This document shows, piece after piece, positions 11,918-24,649 of a stretch of DNA of 64,000 bases (within the stretch, counting starts at the first letter, position 1; the number at the start of each line of letters is the position of its first letter). The DNA comes from Felis catus. Lineage: Eukaryota. The DNA lies in contig NC_058382.1 in assembly GCF_018350175.1 (NCBI RefSeq), positions 58,344,001-58,408,000 of the forward strand, given 5' to 3'. The notes below the pieces were generated by a model. It saw only the letters and a list, made by a program, of their open reading frames with translations. It had not been told where the DNA came from and did not search any database. Made by a program: the position numbers and the translations under genes.

Positions 11918-12007
11918 CCCGATGAGGTAGATCTTGTCCAGGCTGAAGTTTGGGATAATGGTAACCAGCTCCTTCTCAGCCAAAAACTCCACTTCAGCCG
12001 CGTCCAT
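11918..12007 (-). CDS. GINS2: GINS2 coding exon 1 (90 nt)
   Basis: agcATGG start; [30 protein letters not shown]; donor GGG|gtaagg. Confidence 0.97.
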
Positions 12008-12009
12008 GC

Positions 12010-12650
12010 TGGCGCCTCCCGCAGCCCTTCAAGGTCCAGGGAAGCGCGGAAGCCTCAGCTTTCCCGCCACCGCGCGGGGCCCGGCCCCCGGCCGGAACGA
12101 GCATCGGCAACCAATAGCAAAGCGGCGCTCTCCCCTGAGCGGCGGCAGGCGGGGACCGCGGCCGCTTCGAGCCTACGGATTGGCGAGGGTCAACGAGGCT
12201 GAGAGCAGACCACGCCCCCCGGCTGCGGGCCGCGTCTCCAAGCCGCGGGGCCCCGGCCCCGCCCCTCAAGCGTCGCCGTCCCGCCCCTCTCACACCCCAA
12301 CCCCGCCCCTCCCGCGGCCCGGCGCCGCCCCTCTTATGGCGTGACCATGCTCCTCTTGCGGCCCGACCCCGCCCCTCCCTGATCGACCCCGCCCCCGGCC
12401 CCGCCCCTCTGATGGCCCGCCCACCCCCTCCCGCGGGGCGGCCCCGTACCTTTCGAGCCAGGCCCCGCCCCCTCACGTCCCGTGTCGACGTCCTACCCCC
12501 CCTTCCGCGTCCCGGCCCCGCCCCTCTCCCGGCTCCTCCCCGCCCCGCCCGCGCCGCCGCCACACCCCCTCCCGCGGCCGGAAGCGTCCAGACCCCGCCC
12601 CCTTCTCTCTCCTCTCTCGGGCTGTGCCCCTGGTTCCGCCCGTCCTGCTG
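12010..12650 (-). promoter_or_regulatory. GINS2: GINS2 CpG-island promoter with E2F site, two CCAAT boxes, GC boxes and ETS motifs
   Basis: TTTCCCGC at 12060-12067; CCAAT at 12111-12115 and ATTGG at 12179-12183; many CCCCGCCCC; CCGGAAG near 12578; very high CpG density. Confidence 0.85.
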
Positions 12651-13484
12651 CTCAGCTGTCACCATGCTTCCGTGTCCATTCACCTGTCCCGGACGCCTAA
12701 TCGCCAACACTCTGATTTAAACTGTGGGTGGAGTTCGGGTGACGTCTACATTGGGTCCCGCACAGGGCCGGGAGTAAATGCATTTATTATTAGGCCACGG
12801 CGTGACCTGGCTGGACAGACGGCGCCGGGGCCCCAGTGGAGTGAAGGAAAGCCTAGTTCTCTTAACTTCACACCCTTCTGTCCTGTCTTTACATATTGGT
12901 CAGAACCTATAAAAATGCGCATTCCTCCACCCCACCCGCATGTTCCAGCTCAGAAAGTTCGGGAAGAGGCTCAGAGTTCGTACGTGGGCAGACTCCAGGC
13001 GAGTTTCCTGAAGGCTGCTGCACAGTCCCTCCACGCGGCGAGCTTTTGTAACACCTGATAGTGCTTCTCACACTCTTCTGTGTCAGAATCCCCTAGAAGG
13101 TGTCAACGTGGACGCTTGTAGAAACTGAATGTTAACCAGGGCCAGGAAAGCTTGCTGGGAGGTGAAGCTGCTGGCTGCAGGCTAGAAGGGACAGGCAGTG
13201 GGCTGAATGAATCTGAACCCTTGATCACTAGGCCCTGGAGACAGGCGGATTCCAGTGTTGTGAATGCGACAGGAAAGCTGCCCCACCCCAGGTAGCCCCA
13301 TGTTTTCCTCCCTAGCCCCCCTGAAACTTGCGCCATGCACCTGCCTCCTGTAGGGTTGCCAGAGAGATGAAGTAAGGCCATAATTAAGTTCTGCCCACCC
13401 ACATGGCCTAGAAAGCTATGTCTGCTGTTTATCTGCTTTGGAAAATCTCCTTCATTGTATGCCATTTATTAAGACAAACACTTT

Positions 13485-13745
13485 CAAAGCCTGGCTGTCT
13501 CAGTCTGTGGAGCAGGTGACTGGTTTTTTTTTCTTTTTGGGGGGGCGGGGGGCTCAGGACCCTCTTTTTTTTTTTTTAAGTAATCTCTAGACCCAGCGTG
13601 AGTCTTGAACTCATGACCTTGAGATCAAGAGTCAGATGTTCTACCAACTGAGCCAGCCAGGCACCTCAGAGGGAGCTATTCTTGATCGTGGGGTCCTGAG
13701 TTAGAGCCCCTCATTGAGCGTGGAGATTTTTTGAAGGAAATAAAA
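13485..13745. mobile_element. Short plus-strand CAN-SINE interrupted by a minus-strand CAN-SINE (~13563-13665)
   Basis: Plus head GCCTGGCTGTCTCAGTCTGTGGAGC resumes at CTTGATCGTGGGGTC after the inverted copy. Confidence 0.7.
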
Positions 13746-14509
13746 GGGGGGGGGGGAATAAATAAAAGGTCCCTCTGGATGCTGTGCGACGGAAGGCAAG
13801 TGACTGCTTTGAACCTCAGTGAATGAGAAGAACCCTGGGATGTTTGGGGAGCGGGGGGAGCTGCAAGCCACCTGGTCCCTCCTGAAATAGAAGCTCCCTC
13901 GGGCATCTGCAGAGGGTGTATGCCAGCTTGTCTGGGTTTTGACTGATAGGGGAATGTTTTCTTGACTGGCAAATATTTGTGCTCCGCAGTTGGCGAGGCT
14001 TCCCTCCCTGATTTTCACAGCCTGGAAAAGAGCAAAGGAAAAGAGCTGGGGGGAAAGCTGAGGTGCAGAGAGACCACGCACGACGGGACGAGTGGAAAAG
14101 CTGGCAGAGCCCGGGGGCCACATCACCTGAGTCTCCTTGTCCTCGTCTGTAGAACAGGGGTAGGGCCGCCCTTACCCCACTGGGCTGTTGAGAGAACACG
14201 ATGAGACAGAGAGCATTACACACTGTAAAAATGATGACATCTTGGGGTCTCAAACAGGAGCATACGTCGGGGTCACCTGGCCGGGGGGGGGGGGCACGGT
14301 TAAATGTGTTTCCATACCCAGAAGCGTGGCTCGCAACAGTTGAGAGGTGGAAACCACTCAAACGTCCTTCAACCGAGGGACAGAGGAACGAAACATAGCC
14401 TGTACATACTGTGGAATATGATTCAGCCACAGACAGGAATGAGGAACTGATTTGTCTACAATGGGGATGAACCTTGAATTCATTATGCCACTTGAAAAGA
14501 GCCAGTTAC

Positions 14510-14690
14510 AGGGACGCCTGGGTGGCTGAGTCGGTTGAGCGTTGGACTCTTGAGTTTTGGCTCAGGTCAGGATCTCATGATCGTCCTGCTTAATTAAGAT
14601 TCTCTCTCTCCCTGTTCCTCTGCCTCTCACCTGCTCACCCTTTCGTGCTCTCTCAAAATAATAATAAATAATAATAATAATTAAAAATAA
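14510..14690 (+). mobile_element. CAN-SINE
   Basis: GGGACGCCTGGGTGGCTGAGTCGG head, (AAT)n tail. Confidence 0.88.
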
Positions 14691-15163
14691 AATGCCTTCC
14701 CTAAGCTCCAGATGTAGACTTTCTGATTCAGTGACCATACACACCTTACTGTCTCCCTGGAGGTTTTTATAACTGGGAAAATTGGAAATTGAAGGGATTT
14801 GCTCCAATATGGTTCAGCTCTGAGCCACTCTTGCGGTCCAGAGAGGGCTTCCAAATGCCTGTCCTCACGGCTGGTCTTTGAAAGTGGGGGAGACAGGATA
14901 CAGATGACGGGGAAGGAAAGGCGTAGGGACAGACCGGAGGGATGTGGCGCAGGTAGCCTGTTGCTTTAGACTGGGTGGTCAGAACTCTCACACCACTACT
15001 GGCTCTTGTAAAACAATGCCTCCCCTCGAAGGTGGGGGTGACCTGAGTGGTAATGAATTAAGAGCTGGAGATGAAATAAATGGGGACAAAGTGACAACCT
15101 TACTGTGCAGAAGAATTCCAAACGATGTCTAAAGAGACTGCCCTCAAGAAGGTGGATACAGGA

Positions 15164-15376
15164 GGGGTACCTGGGTGGCTCAGTCGGTTAAATGTCTGAC
15201 CCGGCTCAGGTCATGATCTCGCGGTTCGTGGGTTCGAGCCCCACGTCGGGCTCTGTGCTGACAGCTCGGAGCCTGGAGCCTGCTTCGGATTCTGTGTCGC
15301 CCTCTCTCTGCCTCTTCCCCGCTCACCCTCGGTCTCTCTCTCTCAAAAACAAATAAACAGTAAAAAAAAAAAAAAC
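15164..15376 (+). mobile_element. SINEC_Fc
   Basis: Near-consensus feliform SINE with A tail. Confidence 0.92.
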
Positions 15377-15546
15377 CAAAACTATCAAATTCATCAAAAA
15401 CAGAGTCTAATAAACTGTCACAGAGTGGAGAAGCCTAAGGAGACATCACTCAATGTCACTTGGGGTCCTGGAACAGAAAAAGGACATTAGGGAAAACCTG
15501 AGCAAATGTGAGTAGGAGTGGGCTTTAGTTAATAACAACATATCAG

Positions 15547-16446
15547 GAAACAAGTGCTGGTGAGGATGTGGAGAGAGGGGAATGCCTTCCACTGCTGGTG
15601 GGAATGCAAACTGGTGCAGCCGCTCTGGAAAACAGCATGGAAGGTCCTCAAAAATGAAAAATAGAACTACCCTACGATCCAGTAAATTCTACTACTGGGT
15701 ATATATCTAAAGAACGCAAAAACACTAATCAAAAGATACATGCATCCCTATGTTTATTACAGCATTGTCTATAATAGCCAAACTATGGAAGCCGATAAAT
15801 GGATAAAGAAGATGTGTGCATATATACAATGGAATATTACTCAGCCATAAAAAGGATGCAACGTTGCCATTTACAACGACATGGATGGAGCTAGAGAGTA
15901 TAATAAGTGAAATAGGTCAGAGAAAGACAAATAGCATATGATGTCACTCATACGTAGAATTTAAGAAATAAAACAAATGAAGAAAGGAGAAAAAGAGAGG
16001 CAACCCAAGAAACAGGCTCTTTTTTTTTATGTTTATTTATTTTTGAGAGAGCTAGAGAGACAGAGTGTGAGCAGGGGAGGGGCAGAGAGAGGGAGACGCA
16101 GAATCTGAAGCAGGCTCAGGCTCCGAGCCATCAGCACAGAGCCCAAGGCAGGGCTCGAACTCACAAACCATGAGATGGTGACCTGAGCTGAAGTCGGCCG
16201 CTTAACCGACTGAGCCACCCAGTCTCCCCGAGAAACAGGCTCTTAAGGACAGAGAACACACTGATGGTGACCAGAGGAGAGGTGGGTGGGAGATGGGGGA
16301 AATAGGCGATGGGGATTCAGGAGGGCACCTGTCCCGATCAGCACCGGGTTGTGTGAAAGTGTTGAATCACTGGATTGGACACCTGAAACTCATAAACACT
16401 GCACATTAACTAACTGGAAATAAACCTTGCACCTAAAAAAAAAAAA
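15547..16446 (+). mobile_element. 5'-truncated carnivore L1 (ORF2 end, 3' UTR, poly-A), interrupted by a SINE
   Basis: GGTGAGGATGTGGAGAG...GGGAATGCAAACTGGTGCAGCC...CAATGGAATATTACTCAGCCATAAAAA; poly-A at ~16435-16447. Confidence 0.9.
16022..16230 (-). mobile_element. SINEC_Fc nested in L1
   Basis: Perfect 14-bp TSD AGAAACAGGCTCTT at 16008-16021 and 16231-16244. Confidence 0.93.
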
Positions 16447-16630
16447 AATAATAGTGTATCAGAATTGGTTCGTTAATTTTGAGAAATGGATCAGAGTAGG
16501 GCAGGGGGAACTAGGTGGGCACTCTATGGGAACCCTCCATAGTATTTTTGCAACCTTTCTGGAAATCTAAAGCTATTCTAGAAAAAAAAAAGAAAAAAGA
16601 AAAGAAAGAAAAGCTTATTTAAAAACATCT

Positions 16631-16745
16631 TGGGGCACCTGGCTGGCTCAGTTGGTGGAGCATGTGACTCTGGGTTTCGGGGGGGGGGGGGGGGGGGGGT
16701 CATGAATTCAAGCCCCATGCTGGGTAGAGGGACTACTTAAAAAAG
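16631..16745 (+). mobile_element. Short CAN-SINE with an internal poly-G run
   Basis: GGGGCACCTGGCTGGCTCAGTTGG head; G run at ~16679-16699. Confidence 0.8.
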
Positions 16746-19040
16746 AGAAATCTCTCCTTTAGGGGCTCCCCCAGGCATCTCAACACCCCTGCAATTGAAC
16801 CTGTTGCCTCCTTCAGGATAGTCAGGGCTACAATACCTTCGGTTACGTTAGAATTCAGCCCGGCAGAATGGGACTCAGAAAATGAGTCAGCACCTTGGAC
16901 TTGGGACCTTAAGGCAGCGGACCTTTCCTACAATGACACAAGTGTCCTGGAGCTGCCCCCTCCAGTAAGGCAGCCACTTAGCCCCATGTGGAAACTGAAC
17001 ATTTGCAGTATGAACCACAGACTCGGGCCCGGGGTCCTCTGAAGGGTCAGGCAGCCTTGCCTCTGACGTTGGGCCCGCGACCCGCCGACGCATCCCCGCA
17101 GGTGATTCTTGGGCTGAGCGTGTTTGGGAAGCACCTGTGGCCCATCTGTGTTCATTCAATCCTTGATTAATTTACCTTAAAGTCTGAATCCCGGCCACGT
17201 GAGGGCGATTTTCTTCTAGGGAGGGGAGCGGCCCAGCACGGTGACGAATTGCCCTGCAGAGTGGAGGAGGTCGGGGAGGCACCACCTGCTTGTACAGGGG
17301 AATCACCTGCCCTATGCCCAGGCCGCACCTGGACTGAAGGAGTCACCACCTCTGGGGCGTGGCCCGGCCAAGGCTAAAGGCCCCTGAGCTGATAAACGGA
17401 CTCCAGGCTCGTTCCTGTGGCCTCTGGGAGGAGCCCGGGGGAAGCTGTGACTCACAGCTGGTGTCACCAGGAGGGGGCTGGAATTATAGTCACGGCTGCA
17501 AAAGGGAAATGCAGACTGGAAAACACCTTCATTCCCTGGTCTCGGCTGAAACAAGTCATTAGATAGCTCAGAGCAGGGGCCTGATGATAGGGCTGGATGG
17601 CTTCCCTAATGGGGACGGGCCACCCAGCTGAGCCCCAGGAGCCTGAGAGCCATGGCTCCCACGTGGGGGGCCGTCTCCCCTCCAGGGGCTCCAGGGTGAG
17701 GGTGATAACATGACCTTCTGGCCAGCAGTGACTCTGACCGACGGGTTCAGCTGACCGGCTCCAGCTGTGGCCCACTCTGAACGTCGCCACCTCCCGGAGC
17801 CACCGCGGGGCTTGGGGGAGGATGACACAAGTGATGCTCAGAGGTGATGGCTCCTACTCTAGGCGGGAGTGGCCTTCCTCAGGACGGCCCTCGAGGCACC
17901 AGTCTCCCTGCTGAGTGTGCAGCAGAGGCCGGCTCTCCAGGGCCTGCTGGGTGAGCTGAGGACAGGATCCTGAGCTCAACGAAGGGCCTTCGGAGGGATG
18001 TGGGTTGGGACGTGACAAGAACAGACTCACGTCTTAGGACAGAGCTGCTGTGGACGCAGCGGGCGTGGGGTGCGGTCTAGCCGCGGGAGGCTGGAGCAGA
18101 AGTCCAGGTGAGCCGTGGCAATGGCCTGGCCTAGGGCAGCCGGGGGGGGGGGGGGGGTGGGGGTGAGGGGTGCCAAGAGTAGGGACCGTCTAAAAACAGA
18201 GCTCAGAGAGTACCTGCCGATCCAGAAAAGCCCTGCAGCACAGGTGGCCAGGGCGGTTCCACCTGTGGCTCCAGGCAGCCGCCCTTCCCCGGAGGGCCCG
18301 CGACCTTCCCCCTCCAGGCAGGCCTCCAGGGTTTGGCGGGGGGAGCCATCCTGCCAGCCGCTGAAGCACATCACGGCTGAGCCGGGCGCTCTCAAATGGC
18401 TCCGACATGGTGCGAATACACTCTTGTCTTTCTGCCATCTGCTGCTGTCATTAAAAAATTACATTTCCATCTGTTTTCACGCTTTTCTCCCCTCCCAGCC
18501 TCCCCTCCCGGAGGCATGCAGCGAGAGTCCCTAGTCAGGGGCCGGGACGTTCCCTCCCCTCCTGGAAGCTGGGAACTTCTCCGGGACACGCCCGGGTTAC
18601 GGGTGACAGGCTCTCTCGGCGGCCAGAGCCCTTCATGCCCCTCCGTTTCCTCTCCATTCGCCACTTAACCGCCACCCTGCTCCACACCCCAGCGACACAC
18701 ACTTGGGGGGGAGCCATTTACAAAGCGTTTTTATTGTTGGTTTTAATCGGCATGCACCACTCTGGCATCACAAATAAATGAAAAATAAACTACAGACATT
18801 AGTACCCATTTCCCCCAGGATGTATTTAAGGAAGAAGAGAATCAGGAAGTGAGAATCGGGGAGCCATGCTTTGGGCTCAACTAAGTCATCATTCTAGACC
18901 AGCTCCAGAGAGACACCCACTCCCCACCTAAATATAAGCACCACCCCCCCCATCCCCCGCCTTTAATTGAAAGAGGACTTCGGCTGCCTCCATTCTGACC
19001 TCAAACTGTTTTTTGTTTTGTTTTCTGAAGATTTTATTCT

Positions 19041-19831
19041 GGGGGCGCCTGTGTGGCTCAGTAGGCTGAGCCTCTGGCTTTTTTTTTTTTTTTTTTTAAT
19101 TTTTGAGAGAGGGGGAGAGAGAGGGGGAGGGAGAGAGAATCGCAAGCAGGTTCCATGCTGTCAGCACACAGCCCGATGCAGGGCTTGAACTCACAAACTG
19201 TGAGATCATGACCTGAGCCAAAATTGAGAGTCGGGTGCTTAACCGACTGAGCCACTCAGGCACCCCCTGACTGTTTTTTTTAATGATTACTTATTTATTT
19301 TGAGAGAGAGAGAGTGCATAAGCAGGGGAGGGGCAGAAAGAGAGGGAGAGAGAATCCCAGGCAGGCTTCTCTCAGTCATTACAGAGCCCGACACGGGGCT
19401 CAATCCCAAGAACCATGAGATCATGACCTGAGTCAAAATCAAGAGTTGGTCACTTAACTGACTGAGCCACCCAGGTGCCCCTGAGTGTCTGACTCTTTTT
19501 TTTTTTTTAACTTTTATTTATTATTGAGAGATAGAGACAGAGCATGAGCGGGGGAGGGGCAGAGAGAGGGGGAGACACAGAATCCGAAGCAGGCTCCAGG
19601 CTCTGAGCCGTCAGCACAGAGCCCAATGCAGGGCTCGAACTCACGAACTGTGAGATCCACCAACTGTGAGATCACGACCTGAGCCCGTCGGACACTCAAC
19701 CGACTGAGCCACCCAGGTGCCCCAAAACGATTTTATTTCTTAAGTTATCTCTACGCTGAACGTGGGGCTCGAACTCACAACCCTGAGATCGAGAGCCGCA
19801 CGCCCCACCAGCTGAGCCAGCCGGGCGCCCC
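19041..19831 (-). mobile_element. Cluster of four minus-strand CAN-SINEs plus a plus-strand head fragment
   Basis: Minus-strand heads ending at ~19267, 19482, 19723 and 19831. Confidence 0.88.
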
Positions 19832-19839
19832 TGGCCTCA

Positions 19840-20267
19840 AGCTTGCTGCTTTGGGTTCTTTCCAGCAACTCTCTCCGCTCAGGCAGAAGACCCTGAGGGC
19901 AGAGCATCCTGTGATGGGAACAGAAGCTGTCCCCTCAAGTGATAAGCCCATCAGCCCTGACAGCCCGCAAGACCTCTCGTGACTGACCCCAGACAGTGGT
20001 GCGTTTGGCTTCACTGCCTACCAGCACGCACCCACCCACCTTTGCCCCACACTTTCCTGAGATAAACTGGAAGTATTTTCTGGAAGTATTTTCGGCACTT
20101 TGGAGAGTCTTTGAGCCGCTGGTCTGCTGTCTTCCCAGTGTCGGCCTCAGAGGAATAAATCCCTTTCCTGTCTCTGCCTCTGGATTTTGTCAGCGACCGG
20201 CGGCCAGACTTGGTCTGTTGGGGACCACTGGAGTCCAGTGCTCGGGCACCCTTAGGCCCCGGCTACA
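19840..20267 (+). mobile_element. Probable ERV1-class solo LTR fragment (MER34/MER39-like)
   Basis: LTR-like GGAGAGTCTTTGAG...GTCTTCCCAGTGTCGGCC...AATAAATCCCTTTCC and 3' end GGCTACA; family from memory only. Confidence 0.5.
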
Positions 20268-20917
20268 CAACGAAGGGTCAGGTCCACACAGAACTGAACA
20301 ACTGCACAAGGTTGTGACCACACAGGTGGGCCTGGTGGCTCTTCTCAAACACAGCTTTGCAAACATCAGCATTATTGGGCACCTCCTGGAGGACTTTTTG
20401 GATCCTGGGCCACACGTTATTATTCTAGGTTCTGTGTGTTCGTACGTTTAACCCCCCCCCCCCCCCCCCGCCAAACCTACCTACTATCCCTGCTTGAAGG
20501 TCAAAGACACTGAGGCTCCAAGAGGTGAAGTCACTTGCTGAAGGTCGCCCAGGGACAGACGGGGACTCAGGCTGGGAAGCAGGAATACATGATCACAGCC
20601 ACAGAATCCATCTCGGACTTCCCAAAACATAATCTGCATTGGAAGGAGATCCCTACTCAAGGATCCCTACTCAAGACAGCACACTCAAGTTCGAGAAACA
20701 CTAGTGTAGACCAGAACGTTCCTCAGGGATGCCTCACCGACACCACCAAGGGGACAAGGGCACGGAAGGCGGGGGGTGATAGTGTGCTAACTCCCATCCG
20801 TAGGGAAAGAGGGGTGCTCCCAGATGTGTGAACTCCCCGGTCCTGGCAGCTGACCTTGAGAGCCCCCAGCTCACCTGCCCCTGCTCCAGAGAAAGCCTTG
20901 GAAAGAATCGGGCAGGT

Positions 20918-21020
20918 GGGGACACCGGGGTGGCTGAGTTGGAGCCCCACGTTGGGCTCCACCCTAACAGCACAGGGCCTGCTTGGGATTCTCTCTGCCT
21001 CTTTCTCTGCCCCTCCCCCA

Positions 21021-21066
<46 letters not shown>

Positions 21067-21316
21067 CGCGCGCGCGCGCGCACGTGTGCTCTCTCTCGCT
21101 CTCAAAAAAACTTAAAAAAAAAAAAGAAGGGGCGTCTGGGCGGCTCAGTCGGTTGAGCATCCGACTTTGGCTCAGCCCATGATCTCGCGGTTTGTGAGAT
21201 CGAGCCCCGGGGTCGGGCTCTGTGCCCTCAGTGCAGAGCCTGCTTCGGATCCTGTCGCCCTCTCTCTGCCCCTCCCCTGCTTGCACTCTCTTAAAATAAA
21301 TATTAAAAAACAAAAA
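20918..21316 (+). mobile_element. Two tandem CAN-SINEs
   Basis: Heads at ~20918 and ~21129, each with an A tail. Confidence 0.88.
21023..21089. repeat. (GT)n(GC)n compound microsatellite inside a SINE tail
   Basis: 67 bp of uninterrupted purine/pyrimidine alternation. Confidence 0.95.
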
Positions 21317-22534
21317 GAATGGGTCAGATGCTTGCCGTGCACCCCATATTCATACCTTCAATGTCCCACAATCCTCAGGTGCCCGTGGCACTGTCTCCAT
21401 TCCCCGCATGAGGAAACTGAGGCCCAGAGCTGTTGGTGACCTGCCTGATCATACTACTAACATTGACTGTTCATTCCGTGCCAGGCACCGTATAGCGGTT
21501 TTACACAGATTATTTTACCTAATCCTCAAGATACTCCCCACATTATCCTCTCTTTCTGGGTTAAAAACAAAAAAAAAGGTTCAGAGAGGTCAAATGACTT
21601 TCTAAGATCACACAGCAAAAGCGTCCTTGCTGGTACCCACTCCCCCCATTCTTTCTCATGGCTCCTATGAGGGCTGCAGTGGGGTGCCCGGCCCCCCATT
21701 TTCATGCCCTCCCTGGGCAAGAGCTTGCCCTGAACAGGCCCCCTCCACCTCGCCCCTCCCTTGTGGGAAGAGAAAGCCTCCTTGAAGACAGAGGCAGGTG
21801 CTGGGCAGTGAGTAGTGTCATGGGGTTGACTGCAGCTTTGGGTGCAGATGTCACCAGGAAAGGTCCCCGTCCCCTTACTCAGTGGGCAGCCACCCGAGGA
21901 TGCTGGCTTTAGCACCGATCAAGCCTCCAGCTACAAGAGGCCAAAAGCCCAGGACTGGTGTGGACACCTTGGGCCCCGTGAGAGCAAGGGAACTCACCCT
22001 GCCCCTGCGAGCAAGCCACATCCAGCATCCTGGGACCGCACAGCCTCTGACCAGCCCCTCCTGCCGGGGCTCCAGCTCACAGCCCGCTTCCTGTTGCCAT
22101 GGGCACTAAAAGCCTGGGATGAAGCCATGATTAGCCGCAGCAGGTTGCTGAGTGGGCTGGAGGCCTCTAAGCTGTGCCCAGGGAGACGTGGGGGCTCCCT
22201 GCCGGCCTGTAGACTGAGCCGGTCTTCAGGGCTCGTGCCCAGCCCCAGCCCTGAGGCCCAGCATCCCCCTGGTGCCCAGAGTCATGGGCTGGGGGGACCC
22301 CCGAGTCAGGAGCAGGAGCTGAGAATACCCTTGCATGGCCTGGCTTGTGCTGCGTGCTCCTGACGCCCTCCACGAGAACATACTGGCGCGGTGGCTGGCC
22401 ACAGCAGGAGACACGCAAAGCTGATTTGAACCCAGCTGCGGCCTGACAAAGCTCAGCTCCTCAAGGCCACCCAGGGACCAAGGAGTGAGACACGGAGGCT
22501 TGCTGTTCCAAGCCGCTGAGTTTGGGCAGCATGT

Positions 22535-22878
22535 GTGTGCCCATCTGTTTGTGTTGCTGGAACAGAAGACCATAGATTGATGACTTACCGACAACGGAAA
22601 CGGATCTCTCGGGGCTCTGGAGGTCGGGAAGTCCAAGATCAAGGCACCAGCACATTCGGTGTCTGGTGAGGGCCTGCTTCCTGGTTCAGAGCTGGCCGTG
22701 TCCTCCCACGGTGGGATCTCTCTGAGGGTCTCTCTCTTAAGAGTGTCAATCCATTCCTGGGGGCTCCACTCTCATGACCTTGTCACCTCCCAGAGGGGCC
22801 CCCCCCTCATACCATCACAGTGGGGATTAGGTCTCAACATATGAATTTGGGGGGTGGGTACACATTCATCCTATAGCA
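22535..22878 (-). mobile_element. MaLR solo LTR (MLT1A-like)
   Basis: CTGGAGGTCGGGAAGTCCAAGATCAAGGCACCAGCA...GTCTGGTGAGGGCCTGCTTCCTGGTT...CAACATATGAATTTGGGG...CCTATAGCA. Confidence 0.85.
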
Positions 22879-23034
22879 GGGGTCGTTTGTTACACAGCAG
22901 TATCACAGCAAAAAGAAGGCTGACTCATACGCTATCTCTAAGCGCTCCCTCCAAGAGTATCTTAGAAGTTCAAAGTGCTCCAAGGTGTGCCTGGCACACA
23001 GCTAGCTGTATGAGTGCTAAATAGTAAGCACCTC

Positions 23035-23354
23035 GGGGCACCTGGGTGGCTCAGTCGGTTAAACAGCCAACTCTTGATTTTGGCTCAAGTCACGGACTCA
23101 TATTTGACGGGATTGAGCCCCACGTCAGGCTCTGTAGTGTTGCAGAGCCTGCTTGGGATTCTCTGTCTCCCTCTCTCGGGCCCTCCCCCACTCTCTCTCT
23201 CTCTCAAAAGAAATAAATAAAAAACATTAAAAAATAGAAAATAAAAAACCTTGAGCACCTGTTGTGACCTCTGGGAACAGGCTGGTGTATGAGACTGTGT
23301 CACTACCTTCTGGAATTTTCTTTATTTTTAAAAAATGTTTATTTATTTATTTTT

Positions 23355-23402
<48 letters not shown>

Positions 23403-23574
23403 TCAAGCACAAGCAGGGGAGGGGCACAAAGAGACAGAGAGCGAGAATCCCAAGCAGACTCTGCACTGTCCGTGCAGAGCCTGATGCGAGGCTCCATCTC
23501 ATGAACCGTGAGATCATGACCTGAGCCAAAGTCAAGAGTTGGATGCTTCACCCACTGAGCCACCCAGGCGCCCC
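23035..23574. mobile_element. Tail-to-tail CAN-SINE pair (+ 23035-23250, - 23317-23574)
   Basis: Inverted SINE copies; (GA)n run in the second. Confidence 0.88.
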
Positions 23575-24104
23575 GTGGACTTTTATTTTCTAAGGGTCAC
23601 GTGTCAGGGCGCTGGAGGGTTGGCTGTGGGTACGATCAGCCCCAGCTGGTGGGACCCCGGGGGTGCCCGATCACCTGAGAACTTGCACGGCAGTGATTAT
23701 GACACAGGGAAAGGGCGTCTCTCTCATAGGAGACGGGTGGGACAGACAGGGTGCTGTGGAGCTGGGGCCAGAAAAGACTCCCAGCCGGCAAGGCCCGTCG
23801 TAGAGGAGCACCAGACTGCACGGGGCTGGGACCCGGGGACAGGCAGTGCACGAACGCGGTGACGGATTATGCTTTCCCAAAACGGCCCCCATCTCCCATC
23901 CCTATGCTCTTCCTGCAATGTGCCTTTGACCTTGTTCCTTCCATCGGAGTGGGGGGCCGGGTGGTCTCCACGGAAGAGGCTCCGATGGCCCGAGCTGCAT
24001 CTCAGTGCACAGAGGGCCACGTGGGCGGGAAGCAGGGCCAGGGAAGGCCATTCCTAGGACCCAAGGCAAAGTGGACGTGCGGGCCCTCGTTCAGCATCCA
24101 GGTC

Positions 24105-24285
24105 AACACCTGGGTGGCTCAGTCAGTTGACCGTCCGTCCGATGCCGGCTCAGGTCATGATCTCAACGTTCGTGAGTCTGAGCCCCACGTCGGGCTCTGC
24201 TCTGACAGCACTGAGCCTGCTTGGGATCCTCTGTTCCCCCCACCCTCTCTCTCAGCGATAAACAAACACTAAAGAAACCAAAAAA
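24105..24285 (+). mobile_element. CAN-SINE
   Basis: CACCTGGGTGGCTCAGTCAG head and body. Confidence 0.85.
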
Positions 24286-24649
24286 GAATCGCAAGGCCGC
24301 AGGGCCTTAAAGCAAGCGCGGGCCCTCCTGAGCGCGGCACCGTTGGACTGTGCAGGCTGCACAGCCGCCGAGCAGGCCTCGACTGTGGGCCCACCGTACC
24401 CGGGGGCGCTCAGCCTTCCAGCGCACCCGGGGTCCTCTGCAAGCCTTGCCTCTGCCAGGGGCCGGGCCAGAAGTGCCAGGTGGTTCCGGAGGGCCCGGCC
24501 AGGGCCAAATGGAAGGAGGACACAGACCCCCTTCCTCACCCCTCGGGCGGGGACGGCGCTGAACGGGGCCCAACACCGCCTCCCCAGAGACCCCAGGGGT
24601 GACCGGCTCCAGGACCCCCTTGCCGGCTCCTTCCCTTCCCTGCCTCCCT

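Larger units (their letters stand above)
2908..12007 (-). other. GINS2: GINS2 gene, ATG to stop span (5 coding exons, 558 nt, 185 aa), DNA replication complex GINS protein PSF2
   Basis: Spliced translation [185 protein letters not shown]; all introns GT-AG and phases join. Confidence 0.97.

Noticed and set aside
10900..11930. ORFs of 190-293 aa and a superficially CRISPR-like array
   Set aside because: Eukaryotic intron; the inter-core sequences are related variants, not unique spacers; no cas genes; ORFs reflect a stop-poor repeat.
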